From positions 1 through 48,417 of the forward strand of contig JAQGDQ010001303.1 of the NCBI GenBank assembly GCA_030141605.1: a stretch of DNA of 48,417 nt, in the 5' to 3' direction. The translations under genes were made by a program, and so were the position numbers. The notes beneath the pieces were generated by a model. The model was not told where the DNA came from. It made no database searches and saw nothing but the letters and a program-made list of their open reading frames with translations. This document shows, one piece after another, positions 44,619 through 48,417 of this stretch; position 1 is the stretch's first letter; each line of letters opens with the position of its first letter. This DNA is from Tubiluchus corallicola. Its lineage: Eukaryota > Animalia > Priapulida.

Positions 44619-46308
44619 AAATACCGTACCATAACTATCTTACTCCTAAAGCTGCTGGTTACTTTCGTATCATACATGCTAGTTACGGCTACGGAAATCC
44701 TTCATAATTATGCTGCCATCCAATAATGGGCTCAAATTCATTTTTTGGCAAAAGAATTTCGGTTAGAAAGTTTTAAAAAGTATGTATGTAAATTGTCACT
44801 AACTCGTTACCTAACCTGCTAATTGGCATTTTTAAATACTGTGACGGGTCGCAGGATTAAAACCGTCTCGGAAACCACAGGTTTCGTGAAAATGTAGTGT
44901 ACTGAATGTAAAATTGCGTGGGCCAATCAGAGCTCAGTTTTTGTTGCGTTTTGTTTCTCTCGGAAGGCTCGTAGAGAAAACCAGAAAACACGTCGTCAAA
45001 TTAAACTAGTTTATTATGCGAGAATTTTACAACACAAAAGTATGAAGGAACGCAAAATGTTTACAGTCGATGTGATAATCAGGAAACATGTAAACGAGAG
45101 TGGTGCGTATCTGAGAATCTGAGAATACGATGATACAAGAGAATAAACTCCAGCGGCCAGCTCCGCCTTATATATCAGTGCAAAGGAACAATCTAGAAAT
45201 AAAAAGTTCTCGAAACGTCTACACGGTAAGAAGATTGTTCTACTATACTATAGAACATCCTACAATATTCTATTTAATTTTAGTGGATCTCCACAACAGT
45301 TTTCTAGGCCAATTTTCTCGAGCATGTAACCTGTTCTCGTAGACTCGAGGGCAGTGCATTCTGGGCCATGTTCGGCTTCGGGTTTCATTTTCTTTTCTTT
45401 TCTTGGTTGCGTCAGTCTTGATTCAGTAAATTTTGCTTTAATCCCTTGGATTGCATTTCTACTCAACGCGTAAGTGTCAGCCATCAACTTTTGTTAAGTG
45501 TTTCATTTTACTTTTTTCTTTTCTTTTCTTTTTATTTATTTTTTAGTCAATACATGTAGTAAATTATGAATCCTTGTTATCATAGACGGCATCACAATAT
45601 TTCTAATTTCATTTATTTGTATTGCTCTGTAACAGTTTTTACAACTGAGTAGTGGGTTAATTTTGAGATATTTTGTATGTATTCTTCCGTCTGCACCATT
45701 TATTTGCGCCCTCTAGTGGTGAGTCTCGAAAGCTCAGGCTCCACTCTCCTGAAGGCTGATTCGTATAATTTTCAAACGGTGATTGTTTTTATTATCGTAA
45801 TGTGATTATCATCATGAACGTTTTATTTATTTTGGAATTTTTTTATTATGCAAATTAGCCAAATAAAAAATATTGAATTGAATTTAATTGAATTCATAGC
45901 TTTAAAAAATACCGTACCGTAACTGCAAAATTGAATCGTATCGCACAAGTACAATAAAATTCCGTGCCAAATTCCGTACTAAGTGCATGTAGGGTGTACT
46001 ATAGGAACGGCATAGAAAATTCATTATAAACACGATTAATTTAACCAATTCTTATTTTAATGCATGTTGTAAAAACAGAACTGATGCTTGAACTTCCGAA
46101 CTATTTATTTTAGGTTACAAAAACTATATAATTGTGCACCTAATATAAATTTATTTTGAGATACCTTTTACATAAAGGATAATGTAATAACATGGTAGAA
46201 TTTTTTTCCTGGGGAACTATGGCACTGCCAAACCGTACCACTGGCGAAGTGTCAAGTGACGAAATGGGTGGATAGTGGATACCTAAATTGTCAAGCAGTA
46301 ACAGATGT

Positions 46309-46910
46309 TTAAAGCAAATCCGGACTCATAGTTAAACAGCGGGTCAAAACAATCTACTGTTTAAAATATTGAAAGGAAACATACTGCTTTTTCAAAAATG
46401 ACTTATTACGTGAAAGAATTATTACCACACAAGCACAATTTCGCGTTCGCGCAGCTATTTCTTCGCTGTTACAGGCATCTCGCCATTCGCTAGTTAGACG
46501 GGCACTAGCTCCTGAATTTAGCAAACGTATTGCACAAAAACAGGTGCTGTACCTCTTCGTTTAGATGGGTTAGTTTGTGACGAACTACTTACGTTCGACA
46601 GCTCATGCGTGAGTACAGTGGTAAATTTGAAATTTGAATTTTTATCTTAAAACTTGTGTAGTTTTAGTACAAAACACTGAATATCTTACAGTAGCACTGT
46701 ACTTCAATTTTCGCTTTCGCAAATACGTGCAACAGGCTCGTGAAATATTTTTCCTGTTGAAAATTATGTTAATTTGTGATGTCATCAATAGTTGGGCTCG
46801 CCTGCCGTGAATAAAGTTTTTAATCTATTATTTTATTATCAGAAACGCTTTTGCAGCATTAATTGTGTTAAAATGTATATTTTTATCGGACTTATAAATA
46901 GTGTATGAAA
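46309..46910 (+). mobile_element. Third copy of the TTAA-type repeat (left portion)
   Basis: Aligns with 1261-1573 and 15914-16510. Confidence 0.75.
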
Positions 46911-47559
46911 ATCATCTTATCTTCTAATAAGAAGATCTCATCCTAGTGAAAATGGATTAGGATTTTGTAATAGAAACTATGTAATGAGTTTAAAAATAAC
47001 GAACAAATTAACAACCAAAATTGGAAAGGCTGCATGGGTTTTCATGGCGAATCTATAAATCTTTAGCATTTTAAGAGAAAATGAAATTTTTGCTTGCCAT
47101 ATTCTTCTCTCTCTGATAGTTTTTCTTTAGCGTATTTCTTTACTTATTTTTTAAGATGAAAACACATGTTCTCATGTCGATCTGTTACTTATTATTGACC
47201 GCTAAGTATTTTCCCTACATATAGAGGGCAGCACCTGCATAGAGTGAAATGAATGTTTGACTGTCTAATGCTTTTTATTGCAGATTAATGAGAATACAGA
47301 GATCCTTTTACTACAGTGAAGTGGTTTTGTGTTATCGTCTTACAGTTCAATGTTTATGAAATGCTTAATGCGTGAAACTATTGTTGTTTTCAAATGTGTG
47401 CCGGTATCTTGTAATATTTTGAAGTGGTTATTCAAAATATGAGATATTCAAAATATGAAGTGGACATGAGATAGTTGTGCTTTGTTCGACGTGATTAGTA
47501 TTATACATTTTTATTATGATTGTTATTAGCATTATTATTATAACATTTAACGCTGTAAT

Positions 47560-48042
47560 GCTATGGAACGAAACATCTGGAAATATTAAATAATTCAATC
47601 AATATCAGTTTAAAAAGTTATAACATATAATCTATTATCAGAATATTCGTGAACTCCTCAACTCTGTGTTATAAGTAAACTTATGTGTTGCTATGTGTGT
47701 CTAATATCAGAATTTAAAACATACATGTAAGCTCACAACTAGTGTAAAATGTTTATTATCAAATATTTATATATAGCTGTTATTTGCTACATTTGTTCAT
47801 ACATAAATTATTTGATGCTTATTATTTCTTGAAACAATTGTTTATCCCTAGTATAAGATACTCGTTCAAATTTCGTCCATGTAATGAATTGTTCAAACTG
47901 CTTAACTAACTGTGTAATAATTGCTCTGGGATACGACTATATAGCCTGCTCTTTCGTCCCCCTCAATGTTATCTAATTTATATTTATAGCGAGACCATTT
48001 CTGAATGGATATTATTGCTGTCGTGCATTGTAGAATAAATAT
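47560..48042 (+). mobile_element. Degenerate LINE 3' end
   Basis: LWNE...QFKKL remnant; 3'UTR ends aataaa directly before the microsatellite. Confidence 0.5.
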
Positions 48043-48417
48043 TCTTATCTTGTCTTATCTTATCCTATCTTTATCTTTATCTTTATCTTTATCTTATCTT
48101 TGTCTTTGTCTTTGTCTCTGTCTCTGTCTCTGTCTCTGTCTCTGTCTCTGTCTCTGTCTCTGTCTCTGTCTCTGTCTCTGTCTCTGTCTCTCTCTGTCTC
48201 TCTCTGTCTCTCTCTGTCTCTCTCTGTCTCTGTCTCTGTCTCTGTCTCTGTCTCTGTCTTGCCTTGCCTTGCCTTGCCTTGCCTTGCCTTGCCTTGCCTT
48301 GCCTTGCCTTGCCTTGCCTTGCCTTGCCTTGCCTTGCCTTGCCTTGCCTTGCCTTGCCTTGCCTTGCCTTGCCTTGTCTTGTCTTGTCTTGTCTTGTCTT
48401 GTCTTGTCCTGTCCTGT
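48043..48417. repeat. Compound microsatellite (TCTTA, TCTTTA, TCTTTG, TCTCTG, CCTTG, TCTTG, TCCTG)
   Basis: Directly visible; runs to the window end. Confidence 0.95.

Noticed and set aside
45716-45762. Permuted hammerhead-like motif (GAAAGCTC...CTGAAGG)
   Set aside because: Core is CUGAAGG, not CUGANGA; better explained as a LINE 3'UTR hairpin.

Overview
AT-rich, repeat-dense genomic DNA from an animal, most likely an invertebrate (GT-AG introns, U6 snRNA, L2/CR1, RTE and Penelope-like retroelements, TTAGGG-like repeats). Host genes: (1) a complete five-exon clan-2 (CYP2-like) cytochrome P450 on + (3508-12092, 493 aa as spliced by hand); (2) a convergent minus-strand gene largely missed by the ORF track, with six exons traced by splice phase (22617->14958, 373 aa, 5' end not found). 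It encodes a divergent pentraxin/LamG-like domain followed by a GYGxQxx heptad low-complexity tail; (3) an intronless, divergent class A GPCR (32026-33027) with a TATA+Inr promoter; (4) an apparently intact U6 snRNA gene (minus, 42471-42577). The first CYP intron holds a dead 4.5-kb L2/CR1-group LINE with an SGNH-esterase ORF1 and a ~220-aa hydrophobic ORF ending in a 2A-like motif in front of the endonuclease-RT. Also present: Penelope-like remnants with hammerhead-ribozyme cores, a bipartite RTE, hAT, piggyBac-like and TTAA-flanked non-autonomous elements, intronic fold-backs, minisatellites and compound microsatellites. All calls come from manual reading; no database search was run, and repeat boundaries are approximate.
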